Assembly: GCA_015664425.1 (NCBI GenBank)
Contig: DQQH01000258.1
Location: forward strand, 9,359-73,358
Reading direction: 5' to 3'
Length of the DNA: 64,000 nt
Origin: Planctomycetota bacterium
Lineage (GTDB): Bacteria; Planctomycetota; UBA8108; UBA1146
The notes beneath the pieces were generated by a model. That model was given only the letters and a program-made list of their open reading frames with translations, searched no databases and had not been told where the DNA came from. A program made the position numbers and the translations under genes. Numbering within the stretch: the first letter of the stretch is position 1; each line of letters begins with the position of its first letter. Positions 1 through 8,048 of this stretch are shown in pieces.

Positions 1-659
1 GCGGATTCGCCGCACGGGTACGGGCGATCGCCTTCTCGCCAGAGCGTACCGCACCGAAAGAATTACCAGGGTCCCTCGAGGAACTGGTCGATAGTCGCTG
101 GCGTGGCATGGTGGCGATCGCCGACCCACGTTTCGGGACCACCTCGAGTCACCTGGCAGCACTGCGATCGGTCTGGGGTGCTGACCGCTACCGCGACTGG
201 CTTCGCCAGCTCAGGGCAAACGATGTCCAGGTGGTCGCGTCCAATTCAGCGACACGCGATCGAGTGCTCTCGGGGGAGGCTTCCCTGGGGCTCACCGACA
301 CCGACGACATCGAGGTGGTCCGCCGACGGGGGGAGTCGATCTCCGCGAGTTTCTTTCCCGAGGGAGGCACCTTCCTGATGCCCAACACCGTCGCCGTCGT
401 CAGTGGCGCACCTCATCTCGAAAGAGCGAAAGTACTGGTCGACTATCTCCTCTCTGTCGAGGTCGAGGAACAACTCGCGGCCGGTCCTTCACGCCAGATC
501 CCTCTTCGTCGAGATGTTCGGGTTCCCCCAGGAGGTCTGTCACTCGACGCCCTGGTGCTCCTGGAAGTTTCCCTCGAGGAAGCGGCATCGGCCCTCCCCG
601 AGGCTGTCGATGAGGCGGAGAGGGCGCTGATCGATCCTCCCGACGGCGAGACTCGATGA
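1..659 (+). CDS. ABC transporter periplasmic substrate-binding protein, Fe3+/thiamine (FbpA/AfuA-like) type. It is a C-terminal fragment; the ORF enters the window from upstream.
   Basis: Open frame runs from nt 3 with no stop. The C-terminal sequence is SBP-like. The stop overlaps the next gene (ATGA), followed by a two-domain permease and an ATPase. Confidence 0.5.
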   Translation, partial: GFAARVRAIAFSPERTAPKELPGSLEELVDSRWRGMVAIADPRFGTTSSHLAALRSVWGADRYRDWLRQLRANDVQVVASNSATRDRVLSGEASLGLTDTDDIEVVRRRGESISASFFPEGGTFLMPNTVAVVSGAPHLERAKVLVDYLLSVEVEEQLAAGPSRQIPLRRDVRVPPGGLSLDALVLLEVSLEEAASALPEAVDEAERALIDPPDGETR

Positions 660-2026
660 CAGCGATCGAGGTGGCCCTGCTCCTCGATACTCTTCTCCTG
701 GCGTGCCTTTCCGCGGCGCTGGCGACGATCGTGGGGGGCAGTTTTGCCCTTCTTCTCACCTCCTACAGGGTGCCCGCTCCTCGACTCCTGCAGCTGCTCC
801 TCTCCCTTCCCTTCCTGCTGCCTGCGGTGGTCCTGACCACGGAATTGCAGGCCCTGCTGGGAGCAACGGCCCTGCAGCCTCTCCTGCGCGGGATGACAGG
901 GGTGGTCTTCATCGAGGGAATGCGCTGGGCGCCACTGGTGATGTGGGGCGCCCTGGCGGCGATATCGGCGCTCCCCGCAGAGGAGGAGAGAGCGTTGCGC
1001 CTGCTTCCACCCGGGAGTGCTGCCCTGCGCACCCGGGCAGCCCGTGTTCGCGGGGTATTGCTCAGGATGGGAGCGCTGGTGGCGATCTTCTCGATGACGA
1101 TGACGGAGGTTGCCGGCTATGCCTCGGTGGAGACGATCGGCACCCGGATCGTCGCACGGATGACACTCGGCGAGGATCTCCAGGCGTGGTGGCTGGCGTG
1201 CGGGCTGGTGGTGGTGTCGCTGCCATTGTTGCTGGTGGTCGTAAGCAAGCTGCTGCAGCCGGGGGCTCTCGCCGTGCCGACGGTGGATGGCCGCGCTGGG
1301 CTCGCCACCGACAGCAGGGTGAACTTCTTGCTGTGGGTCTTCGGGAGTTTTCCCGCCCTGCTTCTCATCGCCATCGCAGTGACCGCAGTTCCGGAAGCGA
1401 GCACATCTCGTGAGGCGCTGGTCGAAATGGGTCGTTCCCTCGGTGGTGTCGCCATCGAATTTCCCAGAGTGCTCCTCGTCGGTGCCCTCGTCACCCTCAT
1501 CGGCTGGCGGCTGGCCGACGGCGGGCACTTGTGGTTCGCTGCTCTGTTGTTGATCCCCGCTCTCCTCCCTGCGAGTGTCGTTGGCATCGTCCTCGTCGAA
1601 CGGGTCCAGCCCCTCTTGCCCGCATCTCTCGACCGCTGGCCGATCCTGATGACCCTCGCCGGGATTCTCCGTTTCGCGGCGGTCGGAGTGGTGGTCGGCT
1701 TCATCGCCAGGGTGAGTCTTCCTGCCGCCGAGGAAAACGCTGCTCGGTTGCTGAAGCCGGCCGCTGGTCGCTGGTGTGTCCGGGGCCCGCGGGCGTTTAC
1801 TCTGCTGGCGGCTGGAGTGCTGATCGTCGCCCTGCTGGCCCTCGGTGAGGTGGAGAGTGGTTTGCTGTTGATCCCCGCCGGACACCCCTCACCCGCCCTC
1901 GAGTTGCACCAGCTGCTGCACTTCAGGCAGGATGAGCAGGCTGGGCGACTTTCTCTGGCCCTCGCCATCGGCGGTGGGGGGTTGGCGCTGGTCCTGGTGC
2001 CACTGGCATCGAGGAGGAAGAGATGA
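656..2026 (+). CDS. ABC transporter permease with duplicated transmembrane domain (FbpB/iron(III)-type)
   Basis: 456 aa and very hydrophobic, with about 12 predicted TM segments in two repeats. Overlaps both neighbours by 4 nt (translational coupling). Confidence 0.7.
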   Translation: MTAIEVALLLDTLLLACLSAALATIVGGSFALLLTSYRVPAPRLLQLLLSLPFLLPAVVLTTELQALLGATALQPLLRGMTGVVFIEGMRWAPLVMWGALAAISALPAEEERALRLLPPGSAALRTRAARVRGVLLRMGALVAIFSMTMTEVAGYASVETIGTRIVARMTLGEDLQAWWLACGLVVVSLPLLLVVVSKLLQPGALAVPTVDGRAGLATDSRVNFLLWVFGSFPALLLIAIAVTAVPEASTSREALVEMGRSLGGVAIEFPRVLLVGALVTLIGWRLADGGHLWFAALLLIPALLPASVVGIVLVERVQPLLPASLDRWPILMTLAGILRFAAVGVVVGFIARVSLPAAEENAARLLKPAAGRWCVRGPRAFTLLAAGVLIVALLALGEVESGLLLIPAGHPSPALELHQLLHFRQDEQAGRLSLALAIGGGGLALVLVPLASRRKR

Positions 2027-2679
2027 CAGCGGAGCGCCTGGCCGTGAAGGGGCTCATCGTCCGGCGCGGCAATTTCATCGTTGGCCCCGTCGATCTCCAT
2101 CTGACGGCGGGAACTGTCGGTGTGGTGGTCGGCGACAATGGCAGCGGCAAGTCGACGCTGCTGCTCGCCCTGGCGGGGCTCATCACCGTCGAGGAGGGGA
2201 TCGTTACCCTCGATGGCAGCATCGTCGAGGGCGCGGGGAGTCGCGTCGATCCCTGGCGCAGAGGGATCGCCATCCTGCAGCAGAGCAGTGGCCTGTGGCC
2301 GCACCTCTCCCTGCGTCAGCAGTGCCGACTGGTCGCCGGAAGTGACGGCTTCGACGGGGCTGGAATCACCGCCTGCGCCGACAGGCTGGCCCTCGTCGAT
2401 CTTCTCGATCGAAAGCCGACCGACCTCTCGGGAGGAGAAGCGCAGAGGGGGGAACTGCTGCGGACCCTCGCCTCGGGGGCGAGGTTGATCCTCGCTGATG
2501 AGCCTTTCAGTGGCCAGCACCCCGCTGGGGTCGAGAAGATGGAGGATGAGTTCCGTCGAGCCACTGCGGCAGGTCGCAGCGTGTTGATCGCTTCTCACCG
2601 GGATGATGGCGATCGGGTCCTGCTCCGCCTCGGAGGTCCTCGACGGCAGGATCGCGAGTTCAGTTCTCCTGGTCCTTGA
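2023..2679 (+). CDS. ABC transporter ATP-binding protein
   Basis: Walker A motif GDNGSGKST and ABC signature LSGGEAQR, followed by Walker B ILADEP. 218 aa with no C-terminal regulatory domain. Confidence 0.8.
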   Translation: MTAERLAVKGLIVRRGNFIVGPVDLHLTAGTVGVVVGDNGSGKSTLLLALAGLITVEEGIVTLDGSIVEGAGSRVDPWRRGIAILQQSSGLWPHLSLRQQCRLVAGSDGFDGAGITACADRLALVDLLDRKPTDLSGGEAQRGELLRTLASGARLILADEPFSGQHPAGVEKMEDEFRRATAAGRSVLIASHRDDGDRVLLRLGGPRRQDREFSSPGP

Positions 2680-3385
2680 CGAAGCGGCCGTCGACCATCG
2701 TCAGCCGGCGGTCGGCGCGAGCGGCCAGGTAGGGATCATGGGTGACCGTCAGGATCGTTGTTCCGAGGGTCTTGCTGAGGGTTTTGAAGAGTCGATGAAT
2801 CTTCTCGCTCGTCACCGAGTCGAGGTTGCCGCTCGGTTCATCGCAGAGCAGCAATGCCGGGTCGTTCATCAGGCCCCGAGCGATGGCGACCCGCTGCCGC
2901 TCACCCCCGGAGAGTGTGTTGGGGGCCTGCTTCTCCCGGCCCGTGAGGCCGACATGTTCGATCAACTCCCTGGCCCGTGCCTCCAGCTGCCTTCGTTCCC
3001 TGCGGAAATCGGAGGAGGAGCGGGAGACCATCGCCGGAAGAAGAACATTTTCGAGCAGATCGAGATCGGGCAGGAGGTGGAAGAACTGGAAAACAAAACC
3101 GATGAATCGACTTCTGAGAGCCGCCCGTTCGTTTTCCGTCAGGGTGCTCGCCTCGATGACACGATCTTCTGTGTGGTAGAAGATCTTCCCCGCCGAAGGG
3201 GTGTCGAGGAGGCCGAGGAGATTCAGCAGGGTGCTCTTGCCGACACCCGAGAGGCCGAGAACGGCGACCATCTCGCCTTTCTCGACGTGCAGATCGATGC
3301 CCCGGAGGACCTTCAGCTCGACACCCTGGCTGCTGAAGTGGCGGTGCAGCCCGGTTGCCTCGATGACGGTGGGTTTCTCATTCAT
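2660..3385 (-). CDS. lolD: LolD/MacB-family ABC ATP-binding protein (lipoprotein-releasing system-like)
   Basis: Walker A GLSGVGKSTLL, LSGGERQRVAIARGL, LLCDEPSGNLD. Typical LolD length (241 aa). Its 3' end overlaps the convergent ATPase gene by 20 nt. Confidence 0.8.
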   Translation of the reverse strand: MNEKPTVIEATGLHRHFSSQGVELKVLRGIDLHVEKGEMVAVLGLSGVGKSTLLNLLGLLDTPSAGKIFYHTEDRVIEASTLTENERAALRSRFIGFVFQFFHLLPDLDLLENVLLPAMVSRSSSDFRRERRQLEARARELIEHVGLTGREKQAPNTLSGGERQRVAIARGLMNDPALLLCDEPSGNLDSVTSEKIHRLFKTLSKTLGTTILTVTHDPYLAARADRRLTMVDGRFVKDQEN

Positions 3386-4799
3386 GGTGCAACGCCTCGA
3401 TCGGGTCTCGCTTTGCTGCCCACATCGCAGGAATTATGCTGCCGAGGAATCCAAAGGAGAGGGTCGGCACCAGCACCAGCAGGTAGTCCTGCCATGAGAG
3501 AACGGCGGGGATTTTGCTGAGATAGTAGACGTCGGGTGGGAAGAGCCGCCGGCCGGTCAAGTCGTAGATCCCGTCGTGGACGGCGTTGATGTTCTCGACC
3601 AGCAACCAGCCCAGGGTCGATCCGAGGAGGACGCCACTGACGCACAGCAGCAGCCCCTGCCCGAGAAAGAGCCGGATGACGCCGTTGCGTGTCGCCCCCA
3701 GCGATCGAAGAACGCCGATGTCACGGGTCTTCTCGATTCCCATCAGGGTCAGGATGAGGAAGATCATGCCGCTGGCAAAGGCGATCACCAGCATCATCAT
3801 CGTCGCGACGATGCGTTTCTCGATGTCGACCGCCTGCAGGAGCGTCGATCGTTGCTGCTCCCATGTCATGACGAGGATTGGCCGGTCGGGAAGTATCTCT
3901 GCCCCCGGGTTATCACGGTCATCGGCGATTCTCTTCCGGATCCTCTTGTCGATCAGATCACTGACCCCAGAGGCGTTGCGGTAGTCATCGATCTTGACCG
4001 CGATCCCCGAGATTCGAGAATCGCCCGTCTCGTCCTCCCACAGATCGAGGAACTCCTGGACCGCACGGATGTCGGCGTAGATCCAGCGCAGGTCCTGTTC
4101 GTAGGTGCCGCTCTGGAAGGCACCGGTGACGATGAAGTTCTGGACCACAGGCTCCAGGGTGACGGGGGAGTAGGAGGAGAGCTGAACCACCTCACCGAGT
4201 TGCAGTCGGTAGTGGCGTAGGGCTTCGATGCCAACGATCAGAGCCTGCGGGGGGGACTCGCCGGAGAATCCACTTTCGTCTGTCCCGTTGCCCAGTCGGC
4301 GGAGCATTTGCCGTCTGCGGTGGATGGAGAAGAACTCGCTGACCTCCGAGGAGAGCATCGGCTCGCGGTCGTCGGGCAACGAGGCGAAGGAATTGGCACG
4401 CAGATTCCTGATTTCGCTGTCGCGAAGAACGTAACGCTGGAATTCCCCCACCTCGCACTCCAGTTCCGGGACGATCCCGCGCAACTGGCAGTAGTCGAGG
4501 CCCTGGGACTTGTAGATGGCGAGGCTCTCGATGAAGGGCGCCGAGGCCTCGACGTGATCGACCGCTCCGATCTCATCGAGGAGCAGATCCTCGCCAACCA
4601 TTCCCTGTTGGGGACCACCGACCACCGTGATGTGGGAGAGGGAACCACGAATCCGTTCGCGCATCTCGTCCTTGAATCCTCCCATCACCGCCAGAACGGA
4701 GATCAGCGCGAAGACACCGAAAGCGACACCGAGTACCGCGGCGTATGGGATCACGCGCCTTAACAGGTACCTACGGGTGAGGAATGGGTGGTATCGCAC
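3378..4799 (-). CDS. LolC/LolE-family (FtsX-like) ABC permease
   Basis: 473 aa with N-terminal TM, a large periplasmic loop and three C-terminal TMs (FtsX/MacB_PCD architecture). Overlaps lolD by 8 nt. Confidence 0.75.
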   Translation of the reverse strand: MRYHPFLTRRYLLRRVIPYAAVLGVAFGVFALISVLAVMGGFKDEMRERIRGSLSHITVVGGPQQGMVGEDLLLDEIGAVDHVEASAPFIESLAIYKSQGLDYCQLRGIVPELECEVGEFQRYVLRDSEIRNLRANSFASLPDDREPMLSSEVSEFFSIHRRRQMLRRLGNGTDESGFSGESPPQALIVGIEALRHYRLQLGEVVQLSSYSPVTLEPVVQNFIVTGAFQSGTYEQDLRWIYADIRAVQEFLDLWEDETGDSRISGIAVKIDDYRNASGVSDLIDKRIRKRIADDRDNPGAEILPDRPILVMTWEQQRSTLLQAVDIEKRIVATMMMLVIAFASGMIFLILTLMGIEKTRDIGVLRSLGATRNGVIRLFLGQGLLLCVSGVLLGSTLGWLLVENINAVHDGIYDLTGRRLFPPDVYYLSKIPAVLSWQDYLLVLVPTLSFGFLGSIIPAMWAAKRDPIEALHHE

Positions 4800-5192
4800 A
4801 ATCGTTCCGATCTGGGTGGACGTGGATCCGACTGGAGAGTGTACCTATCCTCAATGGTGTGAGGATGCAAGGATTGACAACTCCCCCTTCGGGGTCGCGG
4901 TATTCTCACAACCCATTTATTCTCACGAACTTGGGGGAGTGCTTATTTTCCTGTCATTCCGTTGAGAGGTTGCGCCTGAGTTACGGAATCGCTGTCGAAA
5001 GTAGGGATCCCTCGATAAAATAGGGGCGCCGGGTCGAGAGAACTGGCCAGCGAGTCCACGGTCCCAGAAGTTTTTGATCCCGATCGAAAGATCCGGCCTT
5101 CCAGGCCCTTGAAGCCTCTTCAGAACAAGGGCTTTCGAGTCGATGCCTGCCTGGACTGAACCCCTTTTTAGACCCGAATCACGGGAGAGGGA

Positions 5193-6287
5193 GTGCCGAT
5201 GCAAATCCGAGAGATTTCCGTCGAAGACTACGAGAAGGTTGTCGTCGCAGAGGACAAACCCTCCGGCCTGCACGCCATCATCGCGATTCACGACACCACT
5301 CTCGGCCCTGCTCTCGGGGGTCTGAGGATGTGGAATTACGCCGATGAGGAAGAGGCGCTCAACGACGTCCTGCGCCTGGCCAAGGGGATGACCTACAAGA
5401 GCGCCTGTGCGAACACCGGCCTGGGCGGCGGCAAGGCGGTGATCATCGGGGATCCCAACAACGACAAAACAGAGGAGAGATTTCGCGCCATGGGGCGCTT
5501 TGTCGAGAGCCTTGGCGGCAAGTACATCACTGCAGAGGATGTGGGGGTTCGAATCGAGGAACTCGAGTGGATCCGCTCCGAGACGCGCTACGTGACCGGA
5601 CTCTCTCGCAAGTCCGGATCGAGCGGGAATCCGTCTCCCTTCACCGCCAGAGGCGTCATGAGGGGGTTGCGGGCCTGCGTCGAGGAGGCGTTCGGAACCA
5701 GCCGCCTCGACAACTTCCACTACGCGGTCCAGGGTCTCGGCCAGGTGGGCGGCGACGTCGCCCGGGGGCTCTCGATGCTCGGTGCCTGGGTCACCGTCAC
5801 CGACATCGATGAGAATAAACTCGAGGAGTACACCGCCCTGCCAGGGATCGAGAGTGTCCCTCTCGATGAGATCTACGATGTCGATTGCGATGTTTTCATG
5901 CCCTGCGCCCTCGGGGGTATTCTCGATGGGGAGACGATCCCCCGCCTGAAAGCCAAGGTCGTCGCCGGTTGTGCCAACAACCAGCTCCTCGGGTCCGAGG
6001 ATGGGGATCATCTCCATAAACGGGGCATCCTCTACGCCCCTGATTTCGTGATCAACGCCGGTGGAATTATCAACGTCTCGATGGAAATCCGTCCGAACGG
6101 GTACGACGAGCGACTGGCAGTGGCCCAGATCGAGAACATCTACACCGCGCTCAAGGTGATTTTCGAAACCTCCCGTCGCGATGAAGTGACGCCGACGATT
6201 GCTGCTGAGAGAGTTGCCGAAAAACGCCTGAGGGAAGCACGCGAGCGCAACGGCAAACCGGTGGCAGATTCGGCCCCGACGCCGTGA
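5193..6287 (+). CDS. Glu/Leu/Phe/Val dehydrogenase family enzyme (leucine dehydrogenase-like)
   Basis: Motif GGLRMW...KSACANTGLGGGKAVIIGDP (catalytic Lys region) and Rossmann motif AVQGLGQVGG. Probable true start is the ATG at 5199 (MQIREIS), preceded by the purine-rich GGGAGAGGGAG. Confidence 0.85.
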   Translation: MPMQIREISVEDYEKVVVAEDKPSGLHAIIAIHDTTLGPALGGLRMWNYADEEEALNDVLRLAKGMTYKSACANTGLGGGKAVIIGDPNNDKTEERFRAMGRFVESLGGKYITAEDVGVRIEELEWIRSETRYVTGLSRKSGSSGNPSPFTARGVMRGLRACVEEAFGTSRLDNFHYAVQGLGQVGGDVARGLSMLGAWVTVTDIDENKLEEYTALPGIESVPLDEIYDVDCDVFMPCALGGILDGETIPRLKAKVVAGCANNQLLGSEDGDHLHKRGILYAPDFVINAGGIINVSMEIRPNGYDERLAVAQIENIYTALKVIFETSRRDEVTPTIAAERVAEKRLREARERNGKPVADSAPTP

Positions 6288-6682
6288 ACCCGCCGGCGTC
6301 TCCAGCGGGGGAGTCCCTGCCACGTGGGGCCCGGCTGCTCAACAGAAACGACTTCCGGCATGTCTTCCGCGGCGGTCGGAGGTGTCGATCCTCCCACCTT
6401 CATCTGGTTCTTCTGGAGAACTCCCTGGGGTATTCCCGCATCGGGCTGGCGGTCAGCCGCAAGGTCGGCGGGTCGGTCGTTCGAAATCTCATCAAGCGTC
6501 GCCTTCGAGAGCTGTTCAGGAGGAACCGCGAGCTGCTGAAGAAGGGCACCGATGTCGTCGTGATTCCCCAGCCGGGGGTCGATGGTCTGACCTTCCAGCA
6601 ACTCGCCGATGATTTTCTCGGACTGCTCTCGAGGACGTTTGCGGCGGAATCTTCCCACCCCCGGGGGGAGCCCACCCGGTGA
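6284..6682 (+). CDS. rnpA: Ribonuclease P protein component
   Basis: [35 protein letters not shown] (the basic RNR motif region). 132 aa. Overlaps the upstream dehydrogenase stop (ATGA). Confidence 0.8.
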   Translation: MNPPASPAGESLPRGARLLNRNDFRHVFRGGRRCRSSHLHLVLLENSLGYSRIGLAVSRKVGGSVVRNLIKRRLRELFRRNRELLKKGTDVVVIPQPGVDGLTFQQLADDFLGLLSRTFAAESSHPRGEPTR

Positions 6683-6930
6683 CCGGGGTTCCGCCGTCGG
6701 TTTCTCTCGCCGCCCGGGCTCTGATCGCCCTTGTCAGCGTCTATCGTCGCTTGATCTCGCCCCTCCTTCCGCCCCTCTGCCGCTTCCAGCCGAGTTGTTC
6801 CGAGTATGCTCTCGAGGCTCTGCGCCTCAGAGGAGCGGGTAAGGGGCTGATCCTGACGATCTGGCGCCTTCTCCGCTGCCACCCTTTCAGCCGCGGCGGC
6901 CACGACCCGGTTCCTCCCCCTCAGCACTGA
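6679..6930 (+). CDS. yidD: Membrane protein insertion efficiency factor YidD
   Basis: YidD/DUF37 signature [14 protein letters not shown]...G...G..L...RLLRCHPF. 83 aa. Coupled to rnpA. Confidence 0.8.
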   Translation: MTGVPPSVSLAARALIALVSVYRRLISPLLPPLCRFQPSCSEYALEALRLRGAGKGLILTIWRLLRCHPFSRGGHDPVPPPQH

Positions 6931-7082
6931 ATTTCGTCGCCTTCGGGGAACACGCCATTGCCTGGCTCCGTTATGCTATGTAAAGTATAAAGTACATCAG
7001 CGGAGACGCCCGCACGAGAGGTCGGAAAGTGAGAAGGAAAGCATTTTCAGGAGCCCTGCTGGGGGCTGCGCCGGGGGGAGAG

Positions 7083-7355
7083 ATGGCGATGGTTCCGGAG
7101 AAAGAGGTCGACCGCTCCTCCCCCGTCCCGCGCAAGCTCTACAAGACCGGGGAGATCATGGCTCACACCGGGATTTCCCGGCAGACCCTCCACAACTACA
7201 CCCTCTTTGGCCTGATCAGGGAAGAGGAGCGGACCCCTTCGGGGCATCGTCTCTACGCTGAGGAGGTCTTCATCCGTCTGGCGAAGATCAACGACCTGAA
7301 GGAAAAACTCAGCCTCAGGGAGATCAAAGAGATGGTCGAGAAGGGGAGAATCTGA
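7083..7355 (+). CDS. Small MerR-family HTH transcriptional regulator
   Basis: HTH YKTGEIMAHTGISRQTLHNYTLFGLI followed by GHRLY (MerR wing). The track ORF begins at 7029; internal Met codons (7083 or 7089) are more plausible starts. Confidence 0.5.
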   Translation: MAMVPEKEVDRSSPVPRKLYKTGEIMAHTGISRQTLHNYTLFGLIREEERTPSGHRLYAEEVFIRLAKINDLKEKLSLREIKEMVEKGRI

Positions 7356-7519
7356 TGGAAATACTCGACTCAGGCTTGACCACGCTTCTTCTCATCCTCG
7401 CCCTTCTGTGCTTCCTGATCCCGCAACGCAATCGCAGAAAAAGCCCCGTCCAGGGGGTCTCCACCCCTCGTTCTCCTGGCTTCGGAGTCAGACGAGACAG
7501 CGAATCGAGGGGGAGTTGA
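7355..7519 (+). CDS. Possible 54-aa single-pass membrane micro-protein. It is absent from the ORF track, and its ATG overlaps the MerR-like stop codon (TGATG).
   Basis: Translation MEILDSGLTTLLLILALLCFLIPQRNRRKSPVQGVSTPRSPGFGVRRDSESRGS. It has a hydrophobic helix followed by a basic stop-transfer cluster. Arrangement suggests translational coupling. Confidence 0.3.
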   Translation: MEILDSGLTTLLLILALLCFLIPQRNRRKSPVQGVSTPRSPGFGVRRDSESRGS

Positions 7520-7580
7520 CCCTCACCACTTCTTCCCCTCGCAAGCCGTGGGGGTTTTCAGCAATTGAAGGAGACGGACG

Positions 7581-8030
7581 ATGACGACAATCGACCCGCG
7601 TGATGATGCGAGAAGGCTCCGCGACGGATTGCGGCGCCAGAGAGAGATCTACAGCGAACTCTACAACCTCTTCGAACAGACGCTCCTGGAGGGCGCCGAT
7701 GACCTCTTGAACTGGGTGTTCGCCAGCGAGGACGTGGTCAATCGGGCAGCAGTCGTCGACGCAGAGATCGACGAGGTCAAGGAGCGCTGGGAGACCCAGA
7801 GGAAAGATGTTCCCGACGCCCTCATCGCCGAGGTCCGTCTCGAGCGCGACCTTCTCCACCAGAACCTCCAGGACCTCCAGCGGATGCAAGAAAAGCAGTT
7901 GCAGCGCATATCGATGGGTTTCGAGGAGAAGAGCGAGAGGGTCAGAAAGGCCGAGGGACAGCGTCGGATCCAGGAGGTCTACGGTGCCTCTCCGGCGGTT
8001 TCAAACCGGTTCAGCGGCCACCTCGACTGA
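7581..8030 (+). CDS. Hypothetical coiled-coil protein
   Basis: 149 aa, acidic and basic helical sequence, purine-rich GGAGACGG just upstream of the ATG. No recognisable family. Confidence 0.4.
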   Translation: MTTIDPRDDARRLRDGLRRQREIYSELYNLFEQTLLEGADDLLNWVFASEDVVNRAAVVDAEIDEVKERWETQRKDVPDALIAEVRLERDLLHQNLQDLQRMQEKQLQRISMGFEEKSERVRKAEGQRRIQEVYGASPAVSNRFSGHLD

Positions 8031-8048
8031 GTCCGTGGGAACCAGGGT

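Noticed and set aside
443-2598. Long antisense ORFs (443..1885 -, 1117..2598 -, 480-493 aa) opposite the ABC permease/ATPase genes
   Set aside because: Their products are low-complexity and Arg/Pro/Ser/Gln/His-rich with no motifs, and they overlap clearly recognisable genes on the other strand. They are typical stop-codon-depleted artefacts of high-GC DNA.
4923-6323. 466-aa minus-strand ORF covering the leucine dehydrogenase gene
   Set aside because: It is antisense to a well-supported, motif-rich CDS. It has no recognisable domain and starts inside the divergent promoter region.
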